Shown here one piece after another: positions 1-12,160 of a stretch of DNA of 64,000 nucleotides. The translations under genes and the position numbers were made by a program. How positions within the stretch are numbered: the first letter of the stretch is position 1; each line of letters opens with the position of its first letter. Under the pieces are notes generated by a model, which saw only the letters and a list, made by a program, of their open reading frames with translations, did no database searches and had not been told where the DNA came from. This DNA is from Calcarisporiella thermophila CBS 279.70 (lineage: Eukaryota; Fungi; Calcarisporiellomycota). Location of the stretch: assembly GCF_041956535.1 (NCBI RefSeq), contig NW_027192198.1, positions 442,714 to 506,713 on the forward strand, read 5' to 3'.

Positions 1-466
1 GCGAATCTTTCCCGCCCAAAGCAATCCCGTGTGATCTCCATTACTTCATCTGCTTTCGGTGTTCTGTGCCAATAGCGGCAATCAAACTGATAAAGGAGAA
101 CAGATCTCATAGTTAAACACCGGAAACATATTGGAAGTTAACGCCCATATTTACCCCATTGGGGCAGCAACCCCTTGCGAAATAGAGGCAAAAGCATGAG
201 CCTGGATCCTTCGATCCTTTCGTTTCGCCAGCATCTGTTGCAACTTTACAGCGTGTCTTTGCCTTTTCTCTATGTATATCAATGCATCGTGTGAGATTAA
301 CAGCGGGATCTAGGAATTGATTCGAGCTAATCGATGAATTCTACCTCGTGTATCTGTGTGTGTCACCCCCAGACCACCGATTGTAATAAATGTTGTAATA
401 AGCCCCCTCGGGTGCAGCAGCTACTGTTCGTACCTGCTCAGTCACCTGTTTCCTTGCCCGTTTCAT
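1..466 (-). CDS. CWC2: Pre-mRNA splicing factor Cwc2 (CCCH zinc finger/Torus), 5' part; runs off the window start
   Basis: Manual splicing of 3 exons gives MKRARKQVTEQ...YNIYYNRWSGGD...EKAKTRCKVATDAGETKG...FCLYFARGCCPNGFDCRYWHRTP...DCFGRERF, matching Cwc2 motifs (NIWYNKWSGG, FCLxFARGxC, DCFGR). GT-AG introns. Not in the ORF track. Confidence 0.92.
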
Positions 467-1008
467 TATTAGTTTTTAAGGGTGAAATAGAAGGTAGATC
501 GGCTTCGAGAAGATGCTTGATGGCACTATTTGAGAGAATACAAATTGTATTTTCAAGATTTATGACTTGAGCAGTCATTAATTTCAGATCTTTCAGAGTG
601 TCCATTGGAGTATCTTTGTGATTCAGAGAGAGGTTAAAAAAATAGACCTTCATTGAAGCCAAAATCGGGCCGCCAAGGATATATATACCACCAATTCACA
701 CTTACAAAATATATTCGAACAAGAAGTGCTTATGATTTTCTACTTTTTTCGAAAAAAATCGCACAATTTGAAATATTGCACCTGCTACATTAACCGGTTG
801 TGACTTGATTTTTAGGGTGCCGAGCGGTATTGCGGCAAAATTCGGTCAAGTATCCAAAATCCGAGTGAATTTTTTTAATTTTTCCTCGCCAAGCACCCGA
901 GCCAAGCTCCAATTTGAGGATATATATACTTGTGAAAGCGCATTAATTCAAAAGATTTTCATTCCACTCATATACTACAACTTCATTACCTAAAGTATTA
1001 ACTTAACA

Positions 1009-2295
1009 ATGGCTTTTCGCTCCTCTTCTCTTCGTCTCTTTATGAGCCCTCTCTCATACAACCAGATTAGTTCGGCCCGTGCGGCACTACGGTCTCAAAA
1101 TCCCAGCATTTTGTATCTGCGTAGTAGTTTAGCAACATCTCACAAATCTGGACCGTCGCTTCAGAGCCGTTTATTCAACTCATCATCCTCCTTCTCTGCT
1201 CTCCCGGTTCCTAAATCCGCCACAATATCTTCGCTCTGCCGCAATCAAATCCGCACGTTCCACCGCGATGCACGAGAATATTACAAGGACGAATGGGACA
1301 AGGCCTGGCATCACTGGCATAAGAGATACAGCAAGCAATTTGGAAAAGATTCTGCGAAATGGGAGTCCGCAGACATGCCTCCCTATCCTCCACACTACCT
1401 TTACTATCGCGGATGGCGTCCATTTTACGGCTATCACCGGTGGGGCTACTACTGCCATCCCCGCCACAGAATCGCCAAGCTTCTGCTATTTGTTGGAGTC
1501 CCCATCGCCTATTTTGCTAGCGGTTCTAGTGCAGCAATGACTGTAGCCGCCGGAGGAGTAGCTTTGGCATTGATTCCTTCGCTATTTTCAGCCGCCAGCT
1601 TCGTGGTATTCACAGCGTTTGGTATCATGTTTGTTACTGCTGTGGGGGGAGGATTCGTATTCGGCGTCCCGATGATGGAAATGAAATATCGATTGGAGGA
1701 ACTAATCGATGACGGCTTTGATTCAGAGAAATGGACCATCCACAAGTCGGCGAAAGACTTGCCAAATGAAATGGAGCGATGGAGAGTGAAGTGGTTCGAC
1801 AGACACGAGAGCAAATGGGAGAGTTTAATCACCAGCGGTGAAGTCGAAATGAAAGGAGAGAAAAAGCAGGTGCGATTTTCCTGCGATAGAAAGGGTGACA
1901 ATATAATGCAAGAAAAATATCTCCGAGTGGCTGCAGCAGTAGAGGAGGAGTTGGCGAAGCGTGAGGCATTGGGGGATATGTATCCCGACAAGGTCTACCT
2001 CAGAAGCAACGATGCGTGGATGTTCCACACAGTTTTTCCAATAAAACGATCGCTAGCCAAAAGCGTCCGTGCGGAAAAAGCACAGTCGGCGACCCAAAGT
2101 GGCTCGAGTGTAATAGTGGCTCAGAATCCACAACTTCTCCCCAGCTCTAACCCTAATCCCGCGCCAGTTCCCCAAATTCAAGCACAGCACACAGAAGTCC
2201 AACCCTCTCTGCAGCCTCAACTAGCTGTGCAGTCGCAAGGAATCCAACCAAATACTCAATCTCAACCCGGTTTCCCACCACAAACTTATCAGTAA
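1009..2295 (+). CDS. Hypothetical membrane protein, probably mitochondrial
   Basis: Intronless 428-aa ORF: Arg/Ser-rich N-terminus lacking acidic residues (presequence-like), His/Trp/Tyr-rich segment, hydrophobic block (~aa 155-222), Gln/Pro-rich tail. No family recognised. Confidence 0.75.
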   Translation: MAFRSSSLRLFMSPLSYNQISSARAALRSQNPSILYLRSSLATSHKSGPSLQSRLFNSSSSFSALPVPKSATISSLCRNQIRTFHRDAREYYKDEWDKAWHHWHKRYSKQFGKDSAKWESADMPPYPPHYLYYRGWRPFYGYHRWGYYCHPRHRIAKLLLFVGVPIAYFASGSSAAMTVAAGGVALALIPSLFSAASFVVFTAFGIMFVTAVGGGFVFGVPMMEMKYRLEELIDDGFDSEKWTIHKSAKDLPNEMERWRVKWFDRHESKWESLITSGEVEMKGEKKQVRFSCDRKGDNIMQEKYLRVAAAVEEELAKREALGDMYPDKVYLRSNDAWMFHTVFPIKRSLAKSVRAEKAQSATQSGSSVIVAQNPQLLPSSNPNPAPVPQIQAQHTEVQPSLQPQLAVQSQGIQPNTQSQPGFPPQTYQ

Positions 2296-3452
2296 TAACA
2301 TCATATTCCTTTCTTTCTCCCCTAGTCATTATCATTATACAAATTGAAAATAAAAATGAAATATAATATAATAGTTATCTTCGCTAATACATTTTTATTA
2401 TTTTCAAATTACCTCAGGACCTGCAGAGCTAATAGGTTAAGGAAAAAACGCCATTTATTAACTATATGATTGATATCTAAAATTTTGAACCAGGAATTTT
2501 TTACAGATAAATCTTTCAACACATTCTATTTCCTTAGTTTGTCGAGAGTAAAAGCAGCAAATAGCTTTTCTAGAAATTGGATGTCAATTTTTCACATATA
2601 TAGTGTACTGTAAACTTCTACTTTAATCCTAGAGCGCCTTCATTAAACATCGCCAAGCAACCTTTATTGGGAATGTTTGTGGAAATCATTAATATACTAA
2701 ATCCATAAATAATCCAGCTTCGTGGCCTACTTGTGTATTGTAAAACAGCATTTAAGGATTAGATGTCTATGAACTTACCTGCTCTAACCACTTCCTTTCC
2801 TTGGGGTGCACATACATGACTTAATTGTATACCAGAGTTTGGCTGAGGTAGAGGAGGTCTTAGTGCACAGAATGTTGGCGAAACTAGGTATAATGCTGAA
2901 AATCGACTAAGCTTGGCTTTTACCGGAAAGCAAAGGTGTTTATTATTAGTAAAAGGTGCAGGCGTTTGAGCGCTTGGAATGATGATCGGAAAAACAATAA
3001 AACACATGCGAAAATGTGCCGACTAGATGTTAACAATACTTTTACTCTATCTAAAAATAATCCAAACCTAAACATAGGCTTATAAGAATGTTATAAAGCC
3101 TGTTCATCGGTATTTATTTATCTGCATAAAAATTATCCGGCAAACGAAAACTCCCTCCCCAAATAAAGAATTTTGCCAAGAACCGCTGCGTGATTGTGAA
3201 AAGGAGCCTACCGGACTATGTCTGAAGGTAACGCAGGAGTCTCATTACGTCTTTGCCTTACCGTATTTTACTTGCTTTTTCTTGCTTAGTTGTTATTTTT
3301 TAACTATAAAATCTTTTTGCGGGGTTGAGACTGTTGAATTCCCTTTCGCCGCATCCAAAAATAACCTACCGTGAAGTCTTTAAAAACCAGGTGATTTCTA
3401 ATAATTACGCTCTTAACTCGTTTTCCCTAATACATTTTTGACTTAGACAACC

Positions 3453-4100
3453 ATGCGAGTTCTTCTTGCCCTTACCGCCCTTCTTGCTTTTGTTGCCGCT
3501 GCACCAACAGAACCGCAATCCAGCGGTCAAGTCGCTGCTGTAAACAGCGAAACCGATTTTTGCTTCTTTTTGCCCCCCGAGGCAGGAGGTGATATTGCAA
3601 CGGTAGGCCAGGGACATTGCAGTTTTCACAAAGATAATAAGCTTATTAGGATTTCCTGCTGCATAGCATGAGGATGATGCGATTGCGTTCTGCACCAAGG
3701 ATCTTGCTGACGCACCCAACGCTCGTGTATTCCCTGACGGCTTCATTCAATCGGCTCATTTTGTGAAGACGGAAGGGCATGTTCAGGTCACAGGCACAAT
3801 AGATATCAGTAAATACCAACTCTCTGGTAACGATGAGGGAGGCCAGTACGATATCAAGGCTCCTGTTGGCGCATCATGTGCCGGATATGATGACTTTGTA
3901 AATCTGGTAGAGCCCAAGGTAAGTTCGTTACGCTCAAAGAAATAAATATTCCCCAGAGTAACCTAGTTTGCCATCGAATAAAATAGAACGGAGTCTATTG
4001 CATCCGCTGTTGTAATGACGGAGAGTGCGATGTTTCGCGCTCAACGCAAGGATGCGAGGCCATCGTTCCTGGAGACTATTCAGGCCCAACTGGTAACTAG
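3453..4100 (+). CDS. Small secreted Cys-rich protein, MP88/macrophage-activating-glycoprotein-like domain
   Basis: Signal peptide MRVLLALTALLAFVAAA. Introns 3603-3666 and 3919-3986 join FCFFLPP...EDDAIAFCTK...PDGFIQSAHF...VQVTG...DEGGQYD...CAGYDDFVNLVEP...YCIRCC, ending at TAG 4098-4100. Confidence 0.75.
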
Positions 4101-4635
4101 CGCGTCAAGCTCTAATACATTGTTACCTTTGAACGTTTACTCTAATTTACATGTGTTTCATAAACTCTGACTTAAATCGCTTGGTTAGTTTTATAATAAT
4201 ATTCCTTTTCTACTAAGCTAGTTTGTACCGGCTAAAATACCGCTTTTAAGTTTAAAATTCAATGAATTCTGTGTCTATGCCAAGCATTGACATTGTTTTT
4301 GGTTGAAATTTGTGAAATCATATAATTAAGCAGTATCTATATTAGGCATCTGACAATTTAAAAAGGGAAACCGATCATTAGAGGGGTAGCGAATATTGCC
4401 CGTCATTAGAGGGAAATCATTTTGAGCCAAACGGATATGAATCAATTGCAAATCTTAAATAATTGCGTGTGGCACTCTAATTTGCAATGGGTGAGGGCAA
4501 TTTTGTAAGGATATAAGAGCGATAAAAATTAAAAGGATATATTGGATTTCACCAAATTTGAAAATAAAAAGGTAGTTGGCTTTCTATATGATTAGTGAAA
4601 AGGAGAAAAAAATGGAGGCGGAATGAATCATGTCT

Positions 4636-6700
4636 TTACGCACGAGAAATATCTCGGCCAAAGAATTGACGTTTAACCGCCCAGTCAAAAAGCACGAGGG
4701 CACGATTACGTGCTGAGAATACCATCGAAAGATAGGCAGAACGCCAGAAGAGATAGGTAGCTAATTGGCATTAAAAAGGAAACATTAGTATCGGAGCATA
4801 GAGTGCTACACAATTTAAATATCAATACCAGTTCCTCCCGACGCAAGGTTTCCATTTCCAAATCTTAAGTCGGCGATGGCCTTATCCGATCCGATATAGG
4901 CAAGCGAGCCCTGGTGTGAATAATGGAATGGTCTGATACGTTTAACGCGTTTAAGCGCTTTACGCTTTTGCTCCTTTTCCTCGCCCTCCGGCATTGCTTC
5001 AATCTCTTGAAGCCTTTGTTCCAATTGTTGCTTCTTCGCCATCATGTTGAAAACGTAGGCGAGATAAAGGCCTTGCTGACTGGCTACCTGAGCGGTTGGT
5101 GCATATTTACTATGTAGAGAATAGCGTCAGAATGGGGGAGAAAAATCTAGCCATGTACATGTATCATTACCTTGCTGTGCAGTCGCCCAGGGCATAGATA
5201 TTTTCCGCACCCACCATTCTCAAATAATCGTCCACCATGACCCCGCGTCTCTCTTTTTGTGTTGCCGGGAATTTGGCGATTAGATTTTTTACAACAGGCC
5301 GTGCAACATTGCCCGCTGCCCACACAAGCAGTCCATAGTTGATGCTTTTCAGTTCCTTGTTAGGGTCTTGCACAACCACCTCTTTATCTCGGACTTCTTT
5401 CACCATATGTTTCGTCAAGATCTCAATGTTTTGTTCTTTGAAGCGCGATTCGGTGTATTCAATAAGTTGCTTGGAGAAGGCGGGAAGCACATTGGGAAGA
5501 GCTTCTATCAAGGTGATTTTGAGCTTATTGGCAATTTCTAATGAAATAAAAACATGAGAAATGTCGTTGCGATTGTAATCACACTAGGACCGTTATTTGT
5601 ATCATACCAGGATACCACTTCGACAAGTCTTCCTTTAAGAAGTCGTGCAGTTCTGCAGCATATTCGACTCCAGTTGGCCCACCTCCAACTACCACCATGT
5701 GCAATAATCGCTCGATTTCTTCTTCAGGCTGCCCGGCGAAAGCCGCAGTCTCGATACAGTCCATCACCTTCGTACGAATTCGCTGCGCATCATTGATTTC
5801 TTTAAGGAAACATGAGTACTCGCGCACTCCAGGAATTCCGAACGTCTGGGTTTCAGCGCCCACAGCAAGTACAAGGTAATCGTAAGGAATAGTGGTACGG
5901 CTAATTTCACCCTTGATCTCACTTGTATCTAGTTATTGACATGTACCAAGTTATCCTTCCTTTCACAAAGGGAAAATACTTTGTTGCTCTTACCTTCAAT
6001 CTGAATGGTCTGGTTGAATGGATCAATATCTGTGCACTCGGACTCGAAAAATTTCACCTCTCGTTTCTTGTATCGAGTAATATAGCGGATAGGCTCCATA
6101 ATAGATCTGTTTTCGATCGTACCAACAGTACAACTGGGAAGCAGTGGCGTAAAGAGGAAATAATTTCGTGGGGAAACAACTATAATGTTGAAATTTTCGT
6201 TGTCAATCGATTTAAGGAATGAGGTTGCACCCCATCCTGTTCCTAAGACAACGACAGTGGGAATATTCTTTTCGGTGTCAAAGGGCATTTGGGTAGGGGG
6301 GTGACGGTATTTGTAAAAATCTAGCAATCAAAGAGAGAAAAATCAGAATTGGGCTCAGTTTTGAACAAGAAATATCTGATAACTATAATAATGGACAAAA
6401 CTCACTATAGATTAGGTATGCTGTTCCTGTGCCAAAGCCAGTGTAAAAAATTCTTCGGGTCGTCCTCCAGAATGAACGCGGCCTTGGTGGAGGAACATGG
6501 TCTGTAGCGGTGGTTGCCATCCTTCGTTGAATGAGGGCTGAGGCTTGCATTCGCGAGGCACACGCCCCTAGTACTCTAGGCTGGCCGAATGTCCATCGCA
6601 CACCTAGCCAATGGAGAGGAAATTATATAAGTACGTAGAATTGACTTTTTCTCATTGACCAAAGAGATGCAATACCTTTAAGTGCATGCATTGCTTGCAT
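4636..6700 (-). CDS. NDE1: Mitochondrial type II (alternative, external) NADH:ubiquinone oxidoreductase, Nde1/Nde2/Ndi1 family
   Basis: [63 protein letters not shown]-terminal FGRDISR; presequence-like N-terminus; multi-exon. Confidence 0.93.
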
Positions 6701-7994
6701 TGTTCTCTTAATTTTTGATTAGTGTGAAGAGAACTAATTTCCTAGGTTTTGTTTTAGGTTAAGATATTTCGATAAGAGAACCTACGGAGATTTTTCTGCG
6801 GAATGTGAAAAGTGACGTTTTCTAATAGCGCAGCGTCCACCAAACTGATTTAAGCGAAGTCAAAGATTACGTGTATTTCGGTAAAACTAACTATAATAAA
6901 AGAGGCTGTATTGAGGTTTAGCTCACTCTGTTGATACGACAGTGTAAAAATACCCACTATGAAAAATTTATCGTGCTTGAAAGGTAACTATAACGCTAAG
7001 TTTACTGGTAAATAACACTCTACGAACTGATAAGAGACCTGGCATTTTATTGGCGATTGCATTATGGATTATGGATTTTTATTTGTTCACAATCCCAAAT
7101 TTCACTTTGCGCAAAAATAAGATAACGATCTTACAGACTGAACTATCTCATCTCATATATGAGACCTAATATAAGATAATTGCTTCCATATACCTTCGTT
7201 TACGAACCTATATTGTTTGGATTACCGGAGCACCATGCCTAATAGCAATCCCTCTACATCCTATACAATTATCAGAATATAGTGAATATTAATGATATTG
7301 TTTTCATAGAACGACATATTTCTATCCAGTGAGAGTATAATTCTATTAATATACAAGAGTTTCTTGGCATTATAACTAATAAATTGCTATAGAGTAGATA
7401 CTACATTAATATGGGTGATAAATTATTCTGAGTCGAATGCTGGTAGGATTTCACACAATGAGATATTTATCACTCGTAAATTCTTCAAAAGCAGCTCTTT
7501 GTTTTGACTTGAAGTGGGTAGTATATCTTCGCTAGAAACCCTATTGTGTGTATTTGAAAATTGATGGTCTAGTGCGTTTATAATCCTGCTACAGCATTGT
7601 GGCATTTCGATGATGAGCACATCAAGGATCTTAACGCATATAATACTTTGCAACTTCCAAGGGACTTGCCTAGATGCTGCCTCATTTTAGCTTGAACCAC
7701 TAATAAAGAAGTTGTTTTTCTTGGCAAGCATTAAAATCCTGAAAGAATGATCTGGCTGATTTTTATGGAAATCCTTGGTTAGCTTGTGCTTGCCACAAGT
7801 TTCCTTAATAAGGAAAACAAGTCTGGTAGAGTTATAAAAACAAGTTTGTTTTCACTCGATAGAAATAGCAATGGCTGGAGTGAGTTGAATTTTCCAAATG
7901 TTTAGCAGTGGCATGGGGCTCTCTCTGCTCCTCTCCGTCTTCGAGTGTTCAATATACTCCTTAGATTTCTCTTTCAACATTGAGAGCATTTACA

Positions 7995-8982
7995 ATGCTA
8001 CTCCTTATTCTCATTTTTATTACGATACCCTCATTCATTTTACCCATTCATGCTCTTTATTTTTATCTCGACAATGAAAAGTGCTTTTACGAACATCTTA
8101 CGAAAGATGCAGTCATTAAGGGTACTTATTATTCCATTTCACTATTCAAAATATACCCATTTAGGTTCATTCTACAGGCGATTATTTGCTGGAGTTGTGG
8201 TCGAATATACAAAGCAAATTTGTACAGAGCCCGGAAATGAGCCTGAGTATTGTTGTTGAAGTAGCGCCTTCATTCTAACTGATTTGAAGAATCATTATTT
8301 AACGTGCCATACATACAGGCAACCAGAGATAATCACCGCTTATTAGGACTTCGCGCAAAATCCAGCGGAAAGTTTAAATTCACGACCGCCGAAACAGGTA
8401 AACTACATTTATGTCCCCCAAAGAACCTTGGAGCTGATGCGTTTTTGAGTTTGTATAGGAGAGTATTCCATTTGCTTTTCAACAAACAAAACGGTCTCAA
8501 ATAGTGATCCTGTGGTAAGTAATCCAGCAAACCAGACACTAACTAATACAAGTAATCATTTGAGTTTTTTTTTTTCCAGAGGCTACACTTGGAAATTGGA
8601 GCTGTACACGTAGACCACGATGATTCAGATCCCTCCCTTCAAATGAACTGTAATTATTATTTTCCACTCATATGAGTTTAAGCTCAGGATCTTGAACTCC
8701 GGATAAGTTTTCCTATCTCAGGCCCAGGAACTGAACGACCAAATCGATAACATTAGGCGTGAGCAGAGATATCAACGCGTAAGTATATTGATTCTTCCTA
8801 TTATCTCTTCAGTTAGCTAACAAATAAATAAGGAGTTTGAGGCATCATTCTATCAGGTTTCAGAACGGATCAATAGGCGTCTTTTTTGGTGGTCCGTTGT
8901 CCAAATCATTGTCACGATTGGGGCGTGCTATGTACAGTTTCGCGTTTACCACGATATTTTTACTGTGAGAAAAATCATTTAA
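7995..8982 (+). CDS. p24/emp24/gp25L family cargo receptor (GOLD domain), probably p24-alpha (Erp1/TMED9-like)
   Basis: Signal peptide, then LYFYLDNEKCFYEHL, GKFKFTTAETGEYSICF, coiled coil IRREQRYQR, WWSVVQ transmembrane segment and short basic tail; about 7 exons. Confidence 0.88.
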
Positions 8983-9180
8983 GTATATAGTATTTTAATT
9001 AGGGTGTAATAGTAACTATTCTGGTGCGATTAATCCTTTTAGACATTTCTCTAATTGGGCCGTGATTCAATCTAATTCATTCGTTTTTATCATTCCCTAC
9101 TTGGGTTTGCGAATCATATACCAAATTGCGTTAATTTAAAAAAAAATATCGATAATAGTACATAGAGAAGGGGGTTTAGC

Positions 9181-10485
9181 TCAGTCCACTTCATCCGGTT
9201 TCATGGTAGTTATTCCCTGTACTTCTTCGTCTGGTTTATGCACGGTTGATTGGTCGTCTGGTTTCTGTGAGGTGCTTTGAGTGGAGGTATTCATAGGTTG
9301 TTTATAATCCTCGGGTGTTGGCATCCGCAGATGAGCAGGTGGAAATACTGGTGGAGGTTGACTATAAAGGTTTGGAGGAGAATCAGCATGTGAAGATAGT
9401 TGTATATTTGCAATGGTTTGATCAGGAGGTCTTAGGGGAGGTGATGACTGAGCGGGAGAAGAGTAGCTTGAGCCATAAGTGTGCATTGGTGAATACCCAG
9501 AATCTGTTGGTACATTGGAAGAGTAATATGGAGAGGGCAGATTAGTTGGAGCGGTTTGAGCACAGGGGATAGTATTAGGTCTGCTAGGGCGCTCAGGTAA
9601 GGGCGGTGGTTTAGTGCTGGAAGTTGGTCTCTCAGGTAGAGGAGGTGGCAGAGATGTGGGGCTGCCTTCAGTTGGAGGTCGCACTGGTTCATTCTGGTGC
9701 TGTGGAGTATGCTTCCATTGGTCAAGCATTAAGTTGCAGCCGTTGATGATATCGGATGTCGCCATGTGTCCTGAAAAGGATAGGATTTGTAAATTGTGCG
9801 CTATAATCCGTACTATAAGCATTACAAACCAAAGTACGGCGGGCGTTGCATTCCTGATGCAATCGGCGTGACATCTATCTCTTCTGAAAGCAACCGCCCG
9901 AAACGAGCAATAATTGCCGCTTTTTCTGCATATTCCAAAAGCGAACTCATCTGCAAATGTATAGCATCTCTAAGCGCAACTCTCTTATGATTAGCGAGAT
10001 CTACCTCCATCTCGACGAGCTGTCGCTCGAGTGCTCTCAGTTCCAAGTTAGTTTCCTCTATAGGTTTCTTAGCTGCAGCCACTTTATTAGCGAGTAGCTG
10101 GCGCTTTTCACGTGCCTCATTTAGCGCGATCTCGCGAGTGCGAATGGACTTTAACGTATTCCTGTAATTTTCATAGTGCTCTTTAGGGAGAAATCACGGT
10201 TAAGCATTAGAAAAAAAAGATAAAATTCATAACTAACTTACTAGCAAGATCTCCCTGAATTCCCCCCAGGCGATGAAGTAGAACTGCCCATTTCGATGTT
10301 ATATCCATAATATCATCATCGCCCTCACGCTTTCCCCAACTCGTTAGGCTGGAAGTTTGTGCTTCCTGGAGCTCCGAAAGAGATTTGTAATCGTAAAGGA
10401 TGCCTTTTTCATAATGCAGAACTAGTTTTAAATCATTAGGCGAGAAATTTGTTATATTTGAGAGTAGCCTATTCAATTTATCCAT
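9181..10485 (-). CDS. Eisosome BAR-domain protein, Pil1/Lsp1 family, with long Pro-rich tail
   Basis: WGKREGDDDIMDITSK, YRNTLKSIRTRE, ANHKRVALRDA, EYAEKAAIIARFGRLL...DVTP...RPPY fit Pil1/Lsp1 motifs; 3 exons. Confidence 0.82.
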
Positions 10486-11091
10486 CTTTTCAAGAATTGC
10501 GTTTCAAAAAAATAATTATCTCCACGAGGAAATTTAATTATCGATTTGTCCTCGATATAATATAGGTTAAATAAAGTTAAATAAATTAACATCTTTTCTT
10601 TAAGTGAGTCGTCCGTTTTTACTGTCAATTTGTAACCAAAAAATAAATAGCCCTGTAAAAATATGGAGCATTTCTCAGTGAATGTAATGGGTAATATATT
10701 TTAGCCCATTAGAGATTTATGGGCGAAATTAAAAATGGTATCATTCATTTCTCATATCTCATTAGAATCAAACTATTAACTTTGAAATTTAGATGGGCAA
10801 CTAGTGTCTGATGCTATTGATCGCTCTTTGATATTGCGATGTTCGACTCTGTTAGATTAGCATTACTTCATGGTAAGCGATCATGTTCGCACTATGATAA
10901 CGATTTTTTTGCTTGAAATAATTGATTGACTGTGCAATCGGGCGTACTTTTCTATTGGGCCATCCCCAAACGGTTCTTTCTCCGCCACCACACAAGAGAA
11001 AATCATTCAAGGCGTTTATACATACCTCGCGCATCTCGTGTTTTGATTCCTCCACTTATACCATACCGATTAGCATTGGATACGACCAAAA

Positions 11092-11877
11092 ATGATAATC
11101 GAGATTCTTATTATATTTTTCTCACTAGGTCTCTTTGCCCTACATATAGTGGTACGTAGTCCATCGGATTCATATATTTCGTATACCCGAAATCAAAATC
11201 TTTGGTATTCATTAAATAGCAGTGTTCTAACTAGCACGCGTATATTTTATCTTTTTAATCACAGAACGTTGTTTATTGTGGAAATGTCCTTACCACTCAG
11301 GTATAGAATGCGATTATAACATAGACATTTGTTTTCGCTAATGCTCTATTTTATATTTGTTTAGTTTGGCACTAATACCTGCGATCAGCCTCTAATTGCG
11401 TACCTAGTTGGCGCTATCATCATCTCATGCTGTGTCCTTCTTGTTGCGTTTATTGTACTAGCATCGTTCCGTGGTGCAATTCTCTTTGGAATTCTCACGC
11501 TGTTTTTCTTGCTTGTATGGTCTCTTATCGGAAGCATATGGTATCACGCAAGCGCTAGAACTGGGGTATGCGCTCGAACGTCACCAGATGTATTCTATCA
11601 AGCGAAGATGACGATGATTATAGATTGGCTTAGTTTTGCAATTGGGTAAGCTATGCTCATGCTGATACAAGTTGATGAGGAGAGGAGCTTAAGGAGTATT
11701 GTTTGATTTAGAATTTGCATGGCATTTATTTTGGCGTTTGCTATCGGCCAGGCTGAATTGTATCAACGTGTATGGTGGCCGTACCGAGGATGGGGCCAAC
11801 CGATGCCACCCGTTCCCCCCCCTCCCCCCCATGGCACCTGTAGCGGCAATCTAATATATTTTTACACGTTTGATTAA
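11092..11877 (+). CDS. Small multi-pass membrane protein (TMEM272-like CxxPL...W...G.IW...C transmembrane module)
   Basis: Spliced: MIIEILIIFFSLGLFALHIV|NVVYCGNVLTTQ|FGTNTCDQPLIAYLVG...LVWSLIGSIWY...CARTSPDVFY...|ICMAFILAFAIG...Pro-rich tail. The 3' end is uncertain because of a poly-C run. Confidence 0.6.
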
Positions 11878-12160
11878 TAGTTATATATCAAATACTTCAG
11901 TAGAGATTTTTGTTGTTTGATATTTAGTGGTCGCGTCTCCCTCCCCTACTTTTTATTCTCGTCTCTGTTTCTGCATTGCTTATTCCCCTTTTGTCATATA
12001 TCCATTCCTTTGTAAAACTTCTTTGTCATTTACTATTTACTTAGTGAGCTCTACTTTTCTCTTTTCACTCCGAAATTGTTTATCTTATGATTTTGATGAA
12101 TATGAGTTAGAAATATTTTACAAGACGGAAAGCCCTCAATCGATAAACCCTCAATATTTA

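Noticed and set aside
438-662. 74-aa minus-strand ORF and 78-aa plus-strand ORF (334-570)
   Set aside because: They overlap the CWC2 start and upstream region in other frames; the CWC2 frame from ATG 466 explains the conserved motifs.
6983-7000. GGTAACTATAACGCTAAG resembling the LSU rRNA / I-CeuI site
   Set aside because: Only a short partial match with no flanking rRNA-like sequence; chance similarity.
7423-7653. 76-aa minus-strand ORF in the NDE1-p24 intergenic region
   Set aside because: No ATG start, motif or convincing splice structure.
8650-8722. Apparent frameshift or stop in the p24 gene
   Set aside because: Resolved by using the AAG acceptor at 8705-8707, which restores the frame (..MNFFLSQAQELNDQ).
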